NCBI GenBank assembly: GCA_016926475.1
Contig: JAFGON010000021.1
Location: 9,626-73,625, forward strand
Direction of reading: 5' to 3'
Source of the DNA: a candidate division WOR-3 bacterium
GTDB lineage: Bacteria; SDB-A
Length of the DNA: 64,000 nt
Positions 47,218 through 56,704 of the stretch are shown here, one piece after another. The notes under the pieces were generated by a model. That model saw only the letters and a program-made list of their open reading frames with translations. It ran no database searches and was not told the DNA's origin. Numbering within the stretch: the stretch's first letter is position 1; the number at the start of each line of letters is the position of its first letter. Both the position numbers and the translations under genes were made by a program.

Positions 47218-47965
47218 TTATATCCTTTATGTTTTCGTTTTCGTAAATCCTCTTGCCTTCAGAATCCAAAAACCTGTAAAAAGGAATGAGAACAGGCAGT
47301 GGATTTTTTTGAATTGCAGACCTGATAACACTCGGTTTGAATTTCTTCTTGCCTTTTTTCACCGTGTTTACACCTACTGGATTTTCGTATGATTTAGCCC
47401 ATCCGCTCGAATGGACGGCTTTAAAAATTTCGGTGAAGGGGCCTTCTCTTTTAGCAATGTAATCCCAGTCAATGGGTATTTTTTTTATATTTTTGTCGTC
47501 GAGGTTGTTGAAAGATTCTATGGTTTTTATCCATTTTCCCAGCCATTTCTTTTCCCTGTCTTCAAAAATGTGGTCCCTTGAAGCTTCCTCGTCAAGCCAG
47601 TCGAAAAAAAGATTTTCCGCGATTTGGTCTCCTTTCGCCAGAGTGATTTTCACGACTCCTTTGATTTCAACAGAGACTTTTTTCCCGGTCACTTTCACGT
47701 TGGCTCGTGCGGCGAGAAAAAATTCGTTGTTCTTGATCGAAGAAAGGTTGAGGTCTCCTGAGGCGTAGAGGATACAGTCTTTATATAAAGATGAAGATCT
47801 CTCTTTTTTTGGGGGTATTTTTTTGTCGTTGAGAACAGGCGCTTTTTTGTTGTTTTTCGTTTTACCAGCCGCAGTCCCGACGGTTTTTTTCGCGGGTTTT
47901 TTTATATTCTTTTTAACTGCTTTCAGCGATTTTTTACTTTTCAAAATTCCACCTCTTTTCAGCAA
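47201..47965 (-). CDS. Hypothetical protein with histone-H1-like Lys-rich N-terminal tail
   Basis: First ~60 aa MLKRGGILKSKKSLKAVKKNIKKPAKKTVGTAAGKTKNNKKAPVLNDKKIPPKKE; unrecognised C-terminal domain. Confidence 0.5.
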   Translation of the reverse strand: MLKRGGILKSKKSLKAVKKNIKKPAKKTVGTAAGKTKNNKKAPVLNDKKIPPKKERSSSLYKDCILYASGDLNLSSIKNNEFFLAARANVKVTGKKVSVEIKGVVKITLAKGDQIAENLFFDWLDEEASRDHIFEDREKKWLGKWIKTIESFNNLDDKNIKKIPIDWDYIAKREGPFTEIFKAVHSSGWAKSYENPVGVNTVKKGKKKFKPSVIRSAIQKNPLPVLIPFYRFLDSEGKRIYENENIKDIIVIEN

Positions 47966-49410
47966 ATTCTGTATACTTTAAACTCATACGGTTCCAAGTC
48001 AAAATACAGACCCGCGCTTTTTATCGCCTCCTTATCCCTTTCCCAAACTTTACCAGTGAAAACATCTTTGAAAACTATCGTGTTTTCAGAGGCTTGAATC
48101 CTGTCAACCCTCGCGTACCCGTTTTTATGGAACAGTGTGTTGTTCATTATTATGACCACATCTACTCCTTTGTTCGACCAATGGTACGAAAACACTCCTG
48201 AAAAATCAGGTTCTTCCGGTATATAAATGTCGAGCAGGCACCATTTTCCGAAGTGAAAAACATCATCGGAAAGAATTTCCAAAAGTTTTTCGAAAAAACC
48301 CATCAGGACAGGATTCGGTTCTTCTTCAGGCCATCTTTTGAACTGAATTGGCATCCTTTTTTTTCTGCCTTGAAACTGACCCTGGAAAAAAAGTCTCATG
48401 CCGGGTAAAAAGTACGTGAGAACCGCCGCGGTTAAAAGTTTGTCTTTTCCAAACACGAATAGTGATCTCTCCTCGTCGTGATTTTCAAGAAACCTTACGA
48501 GCTTTTCGTAATATACTTTCTCGGCGTGTAGATGACCGTAAACAGAAGAGTTTTCTCCGTATTTAAGCCTGTCATAAAGCGTTTTATCGTAAGTGTAGTC
48601 AAACCCCTGCTGTTGAAGATCCCACTCCATCCCCCAGTAAACCTCGGCTATGAAAAGGAAATCATCTTTCTGTTTTTTGACGTCCCTTATAACCGATTTC
48701 CAAAATTCTTCAAGGCCGGAGACGTCTTTTCCCCAAGTTTTGGAAAAAACCGAGTTAGTGACCAGCATCGCCATGTCGCATCTTAAACCATCAGAAAATT
48801 TGGCGATATTTTCAACAACTTCTTTCATCTTTTCTCTTGTCAGTGTTTTGGAATAGTCAAGCTGAGCGGTGTCGTTCCATGGCGGAAAATTCGGATCTTT
48901 TCCCATAGCGAAAATTTTATCCCCTCTCACGAAAGCGGAATTGTTTTCAACCATATCTGAGTCTCCCTGCATGTAAATTTGGGGGAAATTTTCAATCCAG
49001 ACACTGTCTCGTGAAGTATGATTCGGAACAAAATCCAGGATTATCTTTTTAGGCTCTAACCTTTTTTTGAATTCCGTAAATCCATCCAAGCTTCCAAATG
49101 TTTTATCTACGGAATAATCGCAAACAGAATAAGCCGAAGCGTCGATGTCGATTTCGGGGTTGAAGTTCTCAAAAGTTTCTTTCCCCGCCGAGACAAGATT
49201 TTCGCAGTTCAGGGCTATCTCTCGCGCTTCCGAACTTCTTTTCCAAACGCCCATAAGCCAAAAAGCGTCAAAATTGCTGTCTCTCATTCTATTCAACTCT
49301 TCTTCGGGAAAATCGTCGAAATTTATTGTTCTGCCGTGTTTTTTTGATATTTCTTCCAGCCATATTCTCGTGTGCAACTCGAGAATATCAGGGTATTTTC
49401 TCCATTTCAC
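47959..49410 (-). CDS. GH13 alpha-amylase-family glycoside hydrolase
   Basis: All four GH13 conserved regions: DFVPNHTS, GLRCDMAM, FIAEVYWG, FLENHDE. Confidence 0.75.
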   Translation of the reverse strand: MKWRKYPDILELHTRIWLEEISKKHGRTINFDDFPEEELNRMRDSNFDAFWLMGVWKRSSEAREIALNCENLVSAGKETFENFNPEIDIDASAYSVCDYSVDKTFGSLDGFTEFKKRLEPKKIILDFVPNHTSRDSVWIENFPQIYMQGDSDMVENNSAFVRGDKIFAMGKDPNFPPWNDTAQLDYSKTLTREKMKEVVENIAKFSDGLRCDMAMLVTNSVFSKTWGKDVSGLEEFWKSVIRDVKKQKDDFLFIAEVYWGMEWDLQQQGFDYTYDKTLYDRLKYGENSSVYGHLHAEKVYYEKLVRFLENHDEERSLFVFGKDKLLTAAVLTYFLPGMRLFFQGQFQGRKKRMPIQFKRWPEEEPNPVLMGFFEKLLEILSDDVFHFGKWCLLDIYIPEEPDFSGVFSYHWSNKGVDVVIIMNNTLFHKNGYARVDRIQASENTIVFKDVFTGKVWERDKEAIKSAGLYFDLEPYEFKVYRIC

Positions 49411-51617
49411 TGGTCTTGCGATCCTTCCTCTTCAGATTTGACGACAGCTCCACATACAGGGCAAGTATAAACTGTGCCGTTCTTCGATTTTTTTTCAAGC
49501 ATCGCCGGACTTGAACATTCCTGGCATACTTTTTTTACCGGCTTTGTCCAATACACTGATTTACATTTATCGCAAATCCAGTAGGTTTTCCCCCTTGAAC
49601 TTGTCTTTTCAATTATTTTACCATCGCATTCTTTTTGAGGACAGTCGACACCTATGTAATAAGGCATGGTTGTCGGACAATCCGGATAATTTTGGCATTT
49701 TAAGTACTTCCCGAATCTGCCGTTGACCAACATCATTGCTCCGCCGCATTTTGGGCATTTCAAGTCTGTTTCAGCGTTAGACACGTCTTCTGAAAATATG
49801 TCTTTTTTTCCTTTGCATTTCGGATAGTCAACACAGCCTAGAAAAGAGCCGTACCTGCTGCTTTTCAAAATCATCTGTTTTCCGCATAAAGGGCAGATCT
49901 TGTCCTCTTCGGGAATTTCGATAGGAATTTTTGAATTTTTCAGATGTTCCATTCTCGTTTGAAAAGGGGAATAAAACTCTTTGAGGACTTTTTCCTTTTT
50001 CGATTTTCCCTCTTCAATTTCATCGAGTCTTTCCTCCATTAATGCCGTAAATTTCTCGTCGAATATGTCGGGAAACGATTTTATTAAATATTTAAGAACT
50101 ATGCTGCCGAGTTTAGTGGGAATCAGACTTCTGTTGTTTTTTTTAACATACCCGCGCTGGATCAGAATAGATATTATCGGTGCGTAAGTACTCGGTCTTC
50201 CGATGCCGAGAGAATCTAGTTCTTTTATGAGAGAGGCTTCCGTAAATCTCGACGGGGGCTGAGTGAAATGTTGCTCGGATCTTTCAGAAAGAACTTTCAT
50301 CTCTTCGCCTTTTTTCAACTCCGGAAATTCCTTTAGGGCAGAAGCTTCTTCGCCGTTGAAATCGTAAAAATATTTGAATCCGTCAAAAACAGTCTCGGTT
50401 CTCGAAGATCTCAGTTCTAAATCCGTGCCGGCAAAAAACGTGACAGTGTAAGTTTTTTCCAAAGAATCCCTGCATTGTGAAGCTAAAAACCTTCTCCAGA
50501 TCATGGTATACAAAAGCAGCATGTCTTTGTCTATCTTGCCCTTTAAACTCTCTGGAGTTATTGAGACGAAAGTCGGCCTAACAGCTTCATGCGCGCTCTG
50601 GACGTTTTTTTTGGTGTCGGAATACTTGTTGGGCTTATCAGGCACAAGTCTTTTCAATCCCTGCTCTTTTAGATAATCCCTTGCCTGAGAGACGGATTCC
50701 GAAGACACCCTCACCGAGTCTGTCCTCATATAGGTAATCAAACCTATGGTCTCGTCTTCAATGTCGACTCCTTCAAAAAGCCGCTGTGCTTTCATCATTG
50801 TCTTGTTCGCGCTGAATCCTAATCTGGTCGCGGCATCTTGCTGCATCGTGCTTGTGGTATAGGGGGGTTTGGGCTTTTTTTTCTTTTCAACGCTGAATAT
50901 GTCTTTGACCTTTACTGGGTTGTTTTTGACCTCTTTTACCATTCTGGATGCCTGTTCTTCGGTTTCTATCTTGATTTTTTTATCGCCTTTTTTTACAAGA
51001 GCAGCTTCTATTCGCGCGCTTTCTTTTCCCAGTTCAAACAAGACGTCCCAGTATTCCTGCGAAACGAATTTGTCTCTTTCGTCTTCTCTTTTGCATATCA
51101 GCTTCAAGGCGACGGTCTGCACCCTTCCCGCTGAAAGACCGCTTTTTATGGCTCTCCACAGAATAGGGCTGACTTGATAACCCACCAACCTGTCGAGTAT
51201 TCTTCTCGCGTTCTGCGAGTCTACTTTAAGAGAGTCAATTTTACCCGGTTTTTTTATTGATTCTTCTATTGCCTTAGGAGTTATCTCGAAAAACAACAGT
51301 CTTTTTACGGTTTTTTCCTGAGGCAGTTCTTCCTTGATGTGCTGTGCGATTGCTTCGCCTTCTCTGTCGGGGTCGGTGGCTATGTATATAGTGACGGCTT
51401 TTTTCGCGGATTCTTTTATTTTATTTATCTGTTTCATCTTCGACTTGTTCAAAAGATACGTCGTCTTGAAGTTATCGGCGATGTCGACCCCCAACCTAGA
51501 AACCGGCATGTCCTTTATGTGTCCGTAAGTGGATAAAACGGAAAAATCCTTACCCACAATTTTCGTTATTGTCTTCGCCTTTGTCGGCGATTCAACTATC
51601 AATAAATTTTTAGCCAC
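49407..51617 (-). CDS. topA: DNA topoisomerase I
   Basis: LLIVESPTKAKTI TOPRIM, catalytic Tyr region, C-terminal Zn-ribbon repeats (CPKCG..., CPLCG...). Confidence 0.95.
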   Translation of the reverse strand: MAKNLLIVESPTKAKTITKIVGKDFSVLSTYGHIKDMPVSRLGVDIADNFKTTYLLNKSKMKQINKIKESAKKAVTIYIATDPDREGEAIAQHIKEELPQEKTVKRLLFFEITPKAIEESIKKPGKIDSLKVDSQNARRILDRLVGYQVSPILWRAIKSGLSAGRVQTVALKLICKREDERDKFVSQEYWDVLFELGKESARIEAALVKKGDKKIKIETEEQASRMVKEVKNNPVKVKDIFSVEKKKKPKPPYTTSTMQQDAATRLGFSANKTMMKAQRLFEGVDIEDETIGLITYMRTDSVRVSSESVSQARDYLKEQGLKRLVPDKPNKYSDTKKNVQSAHEAVRPTFVSITPESLKGKIDKDMLLLYTMIWRRFLASQCRDSLEKTYTVTFFAGTDLELRSSRTETVFDGFKYFYDFNGEEASALKEFPELKKGEEMKVLSERSEQHFTQPPSRFTEASLIKELDSLGIGRPSTYAPIISILIQRGYVKKNNRSLIPTKLGSIVLKYLIKSFPDIFDEKFTALMEERLDEIEEGKSKKEKVLKEFYSPFQTRMEHLKNSKIPIEIPEEDKICPLCGKQMILKSSRYGSFLGCVDYPKCKGKKDIFSEDVSNAETDLKCPKCGGAMMLVNGRFGKYLKCQNYPDCPTTMPYYIGVDCPQKECDGKIIEKTSSRGKTYWICDKCKSVYWTKPVKKVCQECSSPAMLEKKSKNGTVYTCPVCGAVVKSEEEGSQDQ

Positions 51618-51618
51618 T

Positions 51619-51999
51619 TTAATCCTTGTTTATTAGAAATCCGTTCAAAATTATCTCAACAGCTTTTTCGCTCATTTTTTCCTCTCTCCTGTTTTCAACC
51701 ATATCGATGAAGGAGTCGACGTCCCTTTCATCGAGCATCCCGCTGTCCCATACCTGAAGAAAATGCATCATTCCTCCGTCCGTGAGGTTGTCCATCAGTA
51801 AAAGGAGTCTATCATCGCTGATCGATTCGCCCTTTACGCTATGGTAAAAGCGAGGTATCAAACTGAAAACATCCTGTTCGAGTTCTTCTTGTGATATTCC
51901 GACCACATCAAGATAGGACATTATCTCGCCGATATTTTCACCTTTGAGGTTTTTTCTCAAAAAATCAACTAAAATTTTCGTTTTGAGTTTTTTGTCCAT
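51619..51999 (-). CDS. Hypothetical acidic protein upstream of topA
   Basis: 126 aa, no recognised motif; a 1-nt intergenic gap to topA suggests co-translation. Confidence 0.4.
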   Translation of the reverse strand: MDKKLKTKILVDFLRKNLKGENIGEIMSYLDVVGISQEELEQDVFSLIPRFYHSVKGESISDDRLLLLMDNLTDGGMMHFLQVWDSGMLDERDVDSFIDMVENRREEKMSEKAVEIILNGFLINKD

Positions 52000-52182
52000 T
52001 TTAAATTGCCTCCTTTTGATCCAGCAACAGAGGGCGTTTGATAATCCGCATGATCTGACCTAAATATATTCAAATCAATTGATGACTGCAAATACGTTAT
52101 GCTTTATATTTACACAATCATAATTTAAAATGAAGGTTTATAGAACTTTCTTCATAAAATCAAGGGAAAAAAGGAGGTAACG

Positions 52183-53097
52183 ATGACTTTTCTTTCGTTT
52201 CTTTTTCTCATCTTCGCGATTTCAGGAGGCATTGCTCTTATCTCGATGAAAAAAAAAGGCCTTGGCATTTTGGTTTTAATTTCCCTGCTTATGCTTTCGT
52301 TTTTTGCCCAGACACTCACTGTGATAGACGCGGGAGAAATTGGCCTTCAGGTTCTTTTTGGAAAAGTTCTTCCGAATCCTATGATGCAGGGACTTCATGT
52401 AAAAAACCCTCTGGCAAAAATAGTCACTTATTCTATAAGGCTGCAGGAATACACCATGAGCATTGCTCCGGGAGAAGGAGCAAGATACAACCCGGACCCC
52501 ATAACTGCGAGAACGCTCGACAACTCTGAGATCACGGTCGACATAACAATCTGGTGGTCTGTCAATCCCGATTCCGCTGCAAAAATATATTCCGCGGTAG
52601 CCACGAATACCGACCAGCTGAGGGATCTTTTGGTCAGACCAGCATCAAGGGCTGTCCTTAGGGACGTCATAAGCAAATACAAACTTGACGACTGTTTTAA
52701 AAAAAGAGACGACATCCGGGTCCGACTCCTCGAGGAATTATCCCTGTATATGAATCCCAAAGGGGTCAAAGTCGACAACGTCCTTTTGAGAAACATCACT
52801 CCTCCCGCGAGTGTCGATTTGGCTATACAGGAAAAGTTGGCCGCAGAACAACAACTCCAGAAAAGAGAATACGAAATCGCAATAGCAAGGCAAGACTCTG
52901 TGAAGAGGGTAGTCGAAGCAGGAGGGATAGCTTCGGCCCAGTTTATAATTTCTTCAAACTTGACCGAAAAATACCTCCAGTGGAACGCTATAGAGGCAAT
53001 TAAAACGCTGAGTGAGAAGGGGAATTCGGTTTTTTACGTAATACCCACAAGTTCTTCTTCATCCGGCATCCCCTTGATTTTGAACACGCCACAGTAA
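52183..53097 (+). CDS. SPFH/band-7 (prohibitin/HflC-like) membrane protein
   Basis: N-terminal TM helices then an SPFH domain and a coiled-coil region (EKLAAEQQLQKREYEIAIARQ). Confidence 0.75.
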   Translation: MTFLSFLFLIFAISGGIALISMKKKGLGILVLISLLMLSFFAQTLTVIDAGEIGLQVLFGKVLPNPMMQGLHVKNPLAKIVTYSIRLQEYTMSIAPGEGARYNPDPITARTLDNSEITVDITIWWSVNPDSAAKIYSAVATNTDQLRDLLVRPASRAVLRDVISKYKLDDCFKKRDDIRVRLLEELSLYMNPKGVKVDNVLLRNITPPASVDLAIQEKLAAEQQLQKREYEIAIARQDSVKRVVEAGGIASAQFIISSNLTEKYLQWNAIEAIKTLSEKGNSVFYVIPTSSSSSGIPLILNTPQ

Positions 53098-53107
53098 GGA
53101 GATAAAA

Positions 53108-54634
53108 TTGCATCACGAACTCAACGGAAAAAACTTGACGGTAGAGACGGTTGTCGACGTCGCTCGAAAAAAAGGAACCATATCTCTCAACCCTGACAGC
53201 CTCGACAAAATAACCAAATGCAGGAAAATGCTCGAAGAAAAAATTTCATCCGGCGAAATAATGTATGGAATAAACACGGGAATAGGAGAATTTTCTGAAA
53301 TCGTATTGGACGAAAGTCAGATAAAAGAATTCCAGAAGTACCTGATATACAACCATTCAGCCGGAATAGGCGAACCTATGCCAGAAGAATGGGTCAGGGG
53401 GGCCATGCTCGGAAGGATAAACGTTCATTGCAATGGGAATTCAGCCTGCAGACCCGAAATCACCAAGACAATTGTCGAGATGATCAACAAAGAAGTCACT
53501 CCGCAAGTATGCAAGAAGGGATCAGTAGGAGCATGCGGAGACCTCGCTCCAATGTCACAGATTGCCCTGCTTTTGATGGGTGAAGGAAAAGCGTATCACA
53601 GAGGTGAGCTCTTGAACGGGAAAACGGCTATGGAAAGAGCCGGAATAACAATCCCCGGTTTGCAGGCAAGAGACGGCTTGGCGATGATAAACGGCTCGAA
53701 TTTCATAACCGCTATGAGTGCTCTTTTCATACAAGACGCGGAAAATTTTCTTAAACAGGCTGAAATTGCCGCAGCGATGTCTCTCGAAGCCCTGAAAGCA
53801 AACCCGTCGCCCTACGACGAAAGGATTCACAAAGCCAGAGGTTTCAAAGGATCCATAAAAAGCGCTAAATCACTGAGAAGAATTATGTCCGGTGGAGACG
53901 TTTTTGAAAAGAGAATAAAAAGCAAAGTTCAAGACGCCTACTCAATGCGGTCCACTCCACAGGTCATCGGAGCGGCTCATGACGCCTTGGCGTACGCGAA
54001 AAGCCAGGTCGAGATTGAGCTAAATGGAGTCGGGGACAACCCTCTTTTTTTTCCTGAAGAAAACCTGCAATTGTCTGGAGCGAATTTTCAAGGCACCCCC
54101 GTATCGGTTCCAATGGAACTCGCTGGTTCTGTTCTGACAATGGTCTGCGTCTTGTCCGAAAGGAGGATGAACAGGCTGAACAATCCGGCTTTGAGCGTAG
54201 GCCTGCCGGCTTTTTTGACAAAAGGAGCGGGTATGTTTTCAGGGCTCATGCTGAGCCAGTACACCGCGGACTCACTTATAGTCGAACAAAAAATTCTCTC
54301 AACCCCAGCAAGCATTCAATCCATTCCAGCAGCAGCCGACCAGGAAGATTTTGTGTCGATGGGCATGAACACGGCTTTGAAAAATTTCCAGATTCTCGAC
54401 AACGCTTGGGGGATACTGGGTATAGAATTCATGGCGGCTGCACAAGCCCTTGACTTCAGGGAATACAAACTCGGCAGAGGCACCGAAGCGGCAAAAAAAA
54501 CAATACGCAGACACGTCGATTTTCTCGACGTAGACCGGCCGCTTTTCGACGATCACAATAAAATGAAGGAACTTGTCAAGTCTTGCGAGATACTTAAAGA
54601 AGTAGAAAAGGAAATCGGCAGTATGTCTGAATGA
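53108..54634 (+). CDS. hutH: Histidine ammonia-lyase (MIO-dependent), with Ala-Cys-Gly in place of Ala-Ser-Gly; TTG start
   Basis: GSVGACGDLAPMSQ at residues 139-152; strong AGGAG Shine-Dalgarno 6 nt before TTG; 508 aa typical of HAL. Confidence 0.8.
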   Translation: MHHELNGKNLTVETVVDVARKKGTISLNPDSLDKITKCRKMLEEKISSGEIMYGINTGIGEFSEIVLDESQIKEFQKYLIYNHSAGIGEPMPEEWVRGAMLGRINVHCNGNSACRPEITKTIVEMINKEVTPQVCKKGSVGACGDLAPMSQIALLLMGEGKAYHRGELLNGKTAMERAGITIPGLQARDGLAMINGSNFITAMSALFIQDAENFLKQAEIAAAMSLEALKANPSPYDERIHKARGFKGSIKSAKSLRRIMSGGDVFEKRIKSKVQDAYSMRSTPQVIGAAHDALAYAKSQVEIELNGVGDNPLFFPEENLQLSGANFQGTPVSVPMELAGSVLTMVCVLSERRMNRLNNPALSVGLPAFLTKGAGMFSGLMLSQYTADSLIVEQKILSTPASIQSIPAAADQEDFVSMGMNTALKNFQILDNAWGILGIEFMAAAQALDFREYKLGRGTEAAKKTIRRHVDFLDVDRPLFDDHNKMKELVKSCEILKEVEKEIGSMSE

Positions 54635-54646
54635 GAAACTCTGCTG

Positions 54647-55252
54647 TCAAAGGGAAAAAATGTATTTTTTTTCTCTGTACAGCTTCGTCTCTTCGCCGTG
54701 CCCTGGAAGCACTTTAAAGTTTGATTTCAGGTCGAATAACGATCTAAGCGATTTTTTTATTTTGTTGAAGTCTCCACAAGGCAGGTCACATCTTCCTATT
54801 CCTCCCCTAAAAAGAGTGTCTCCGGAAAAAAGCGTGTCCCCTGCCGTCAACGAGATCGATCCCTCGGTGTGCCCTGGAGTGTGTAAAACCCTGAATTCGG
54901 AGGTTCCGAGAATTATTTTATCGTCTTTGTTTAAAATGACATCAGGATAAATCTCCTGAATTTTCATACCGAAAAGAAATGATCCGTTTATCATTGGGTC
55001 GTTTAGGTTTTGGGCGTCTTTTTCGTGAATAGCGATTCTCGCTTCAGGAAACAGCCTTTTCAACTCCGGAACCGCCGCGATATGATCGTAGTGATTGTGG
55101 GTTAGGATGATGTATTTGCATACGTAGTCTTCTCTGAAACCGAGCATCTCCTCTGAATACCCCCCTGGATCAATCACGGCGAGTTCTCTGTGATCTTCCA
55201 CAAAATAGCAATTTGTCTGGATTTCACCTACGATAAAACGCTTTGTATTCAT
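54647..55252 (-). CDS. MBL-fold metallo-hydrolase (glyoxalase II-like)
   Basis: THNHYDHIAAV (HxHxDH) motif, 201 aa. Confidence 0.75.
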   Translation of the reverse strand: MNTKRFIVGEIQTNCYFVEDHRELAVIDPGGYSEEMLGFREDYVCKYIILTHNHYDHIAAVPELKRLFPEARIAIHEKDAQNLNDPMINGSFLFGMKIQEIYPDVILNKDDKIILGTSEFRVLHTPGHTEGSISLTAGDTLFSGDTLFRGGIGRCDLPCGDFNKIKKSLRSLFDLKSNFKVLPGHGEETKLYREKKYIFSL

Positions 55253-55445
55253 ATCCGATTACCTTTGTCTGAATTCTACCATCTCAATTTTATAAAGCAA
55301 AGCCGGCCTTCGAAATCCATTCTATTCCATGTATTCGTATCTAAGTCATTTGCTTGGATGTTTATTACACCATCTGGGAAACGTCAGCTTTTTGGATAAA
55401 ACAGCAATTGACAAAGCCGGTTTCAATAAATAAACTGGCTTAGAA

Positions 55446-56090
55446 ATGATTGTTGTGACAATAGACGGACCCTCTGCGGCGGGGAAAAGCACCGTCGCGA
55501 AAATAGTTGCCCGGGAATTGGCTTATATGTATCTTGACACCGGCGCCATGTACAGAGCGGCCACTCTCTACTTCATCGAAAACAGAATTGACATAGAAGA
55601 CAGAATTTCGGTGGTCTCCGCGCTCGATTCGGTCGAAATCGAATACGGGGAAAGGGGTGTTATTCTCAATGGATCGAATGTCGAATCGAAAATCAGAAAC
55701 CCCGAAGTGACCAAAACTGTGAGCCCAATAAGCGCTATTAGGGAAGTCAGAGAAAAACTCGTCGAAATTCAAAGAGGCGTAAAACACCCAATGGGCTTGG
55801 TCTGCGAAGGAAGAGACATGGGCTCCGTCGTGTTCCCAGGGGCTCAGTATAAATTTTTCCTTACTGCATCTCTCTACGAACGAGCGAAAAGAAGAAGAAA
55901 AGATCTCGAAAAAATAGGTGTTCAAATGAAAGACGAAGAGGTGGGTATAGATTTGTCTTTGAGAGATAAATACGATTCCGAAAGGGAAATATCCCCTATG
56001 GTCATCCCTCAAGGCGCTCATGTCATTGACACTACAGATATGACAATAAGCCAAGTGGTAGAAAAAATTTTGCTTGAAATAGAAAAATGA
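55446..56090 (+). CDS. cmk: Cytidylate kinase
   Basis: VTIDGPSAAGKSTVAKIVA P-loop. Confidence 0.9.
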   Translation: MIVVTIDGPSAAGKSTVAKIVARELAYMYLDTGAMYRAATLYFIENRIDIEDRISVVSALDSVEIEYGERGVILNGSNVESKIRNPEVTKTVSPISAIREVREKLVEIQRGVKHPMGLVCEGRDMGSVVFPGAQYKFFLTASLYERAKRRRKDLEKIGVQMKDEEVGIDLSLRDKYDSEREISPMVIPQGAHVIDTTDMTISQVVEKILLEIEK

Positions 56091-56704
56091 TCCCCAAACA
56101 TTCTCTTTTCTGGTCTTTTTCTCATCTGCTTGCCTACCCCCTGTTCAAAAATATTCTCGGACTCAGATCTATAGAAGGCAAAAAAAACCTTCCCCTTGAC
56201 GAAAATTTCATTCTCGCGCCGAACCATTTAAACAACTTCGATCCCCCTGCGGCGGCATTCAGCGTATATCCGCACGAATGTTATTTTCTCGCCAAAAAAG
56301 AGCTATTTGAAGTTCACCCTGTTTACAGTTTTATCCTCAAAACATACAACGCGATCAAGATTGACAGAACAGGTAAAGATATATCCGCTATGAAAAAAGC
56401 CCTGAAGGTTCTTCACAAGGGGCATATTCTAATCGTTTTTCCGGAAGGAACAAGAAAAGCCCGACACAATTTCGAAGACATAAAAACCGGAGCGGCTTTT
56501 CTCTCGGCAAAAACAAGAAAACTTCTCATCCCCTGCTTCATAAGTTATACAAACCCAGGCATCGGCGATTTACTCAGAGGGAAAATGGAAACAGTGATAA
56601 AATTCGGCAGACCAATATCTCCGACAAAAGACGGAAAGACAAAGTCAACGGAGGTTTTGGCTGAACTCTGGAAAATGGAAATGAAAAGGTTATGCGGGTC
56701 ATAG
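56087..56704 (+). CDS. plsC: 1-acyl-sn-glycerol-3-phosphate acyltransferase
   Basis: NHLNNFD (HX4D) and FPEGTR motifs. Confidence 0.8.
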   Translation: MIPKHSLFWSFSHLLAYPLFKNILGLRSIEGKKNLPLDENFILAPNHLNNFDPPAAAFSVYPHECYFLAKKELFEVHPVYSFILKTYNAIKIDRTGKDISAMKKALKVLHKGHILIVFPEGTRKARHNFEDIKTGAAFLSAKTRKLLIPCFISYTNPGIGDLLRGKMETVIKFGRPISPTKDGKTKSTEVLAELWKMEMKRLCGS

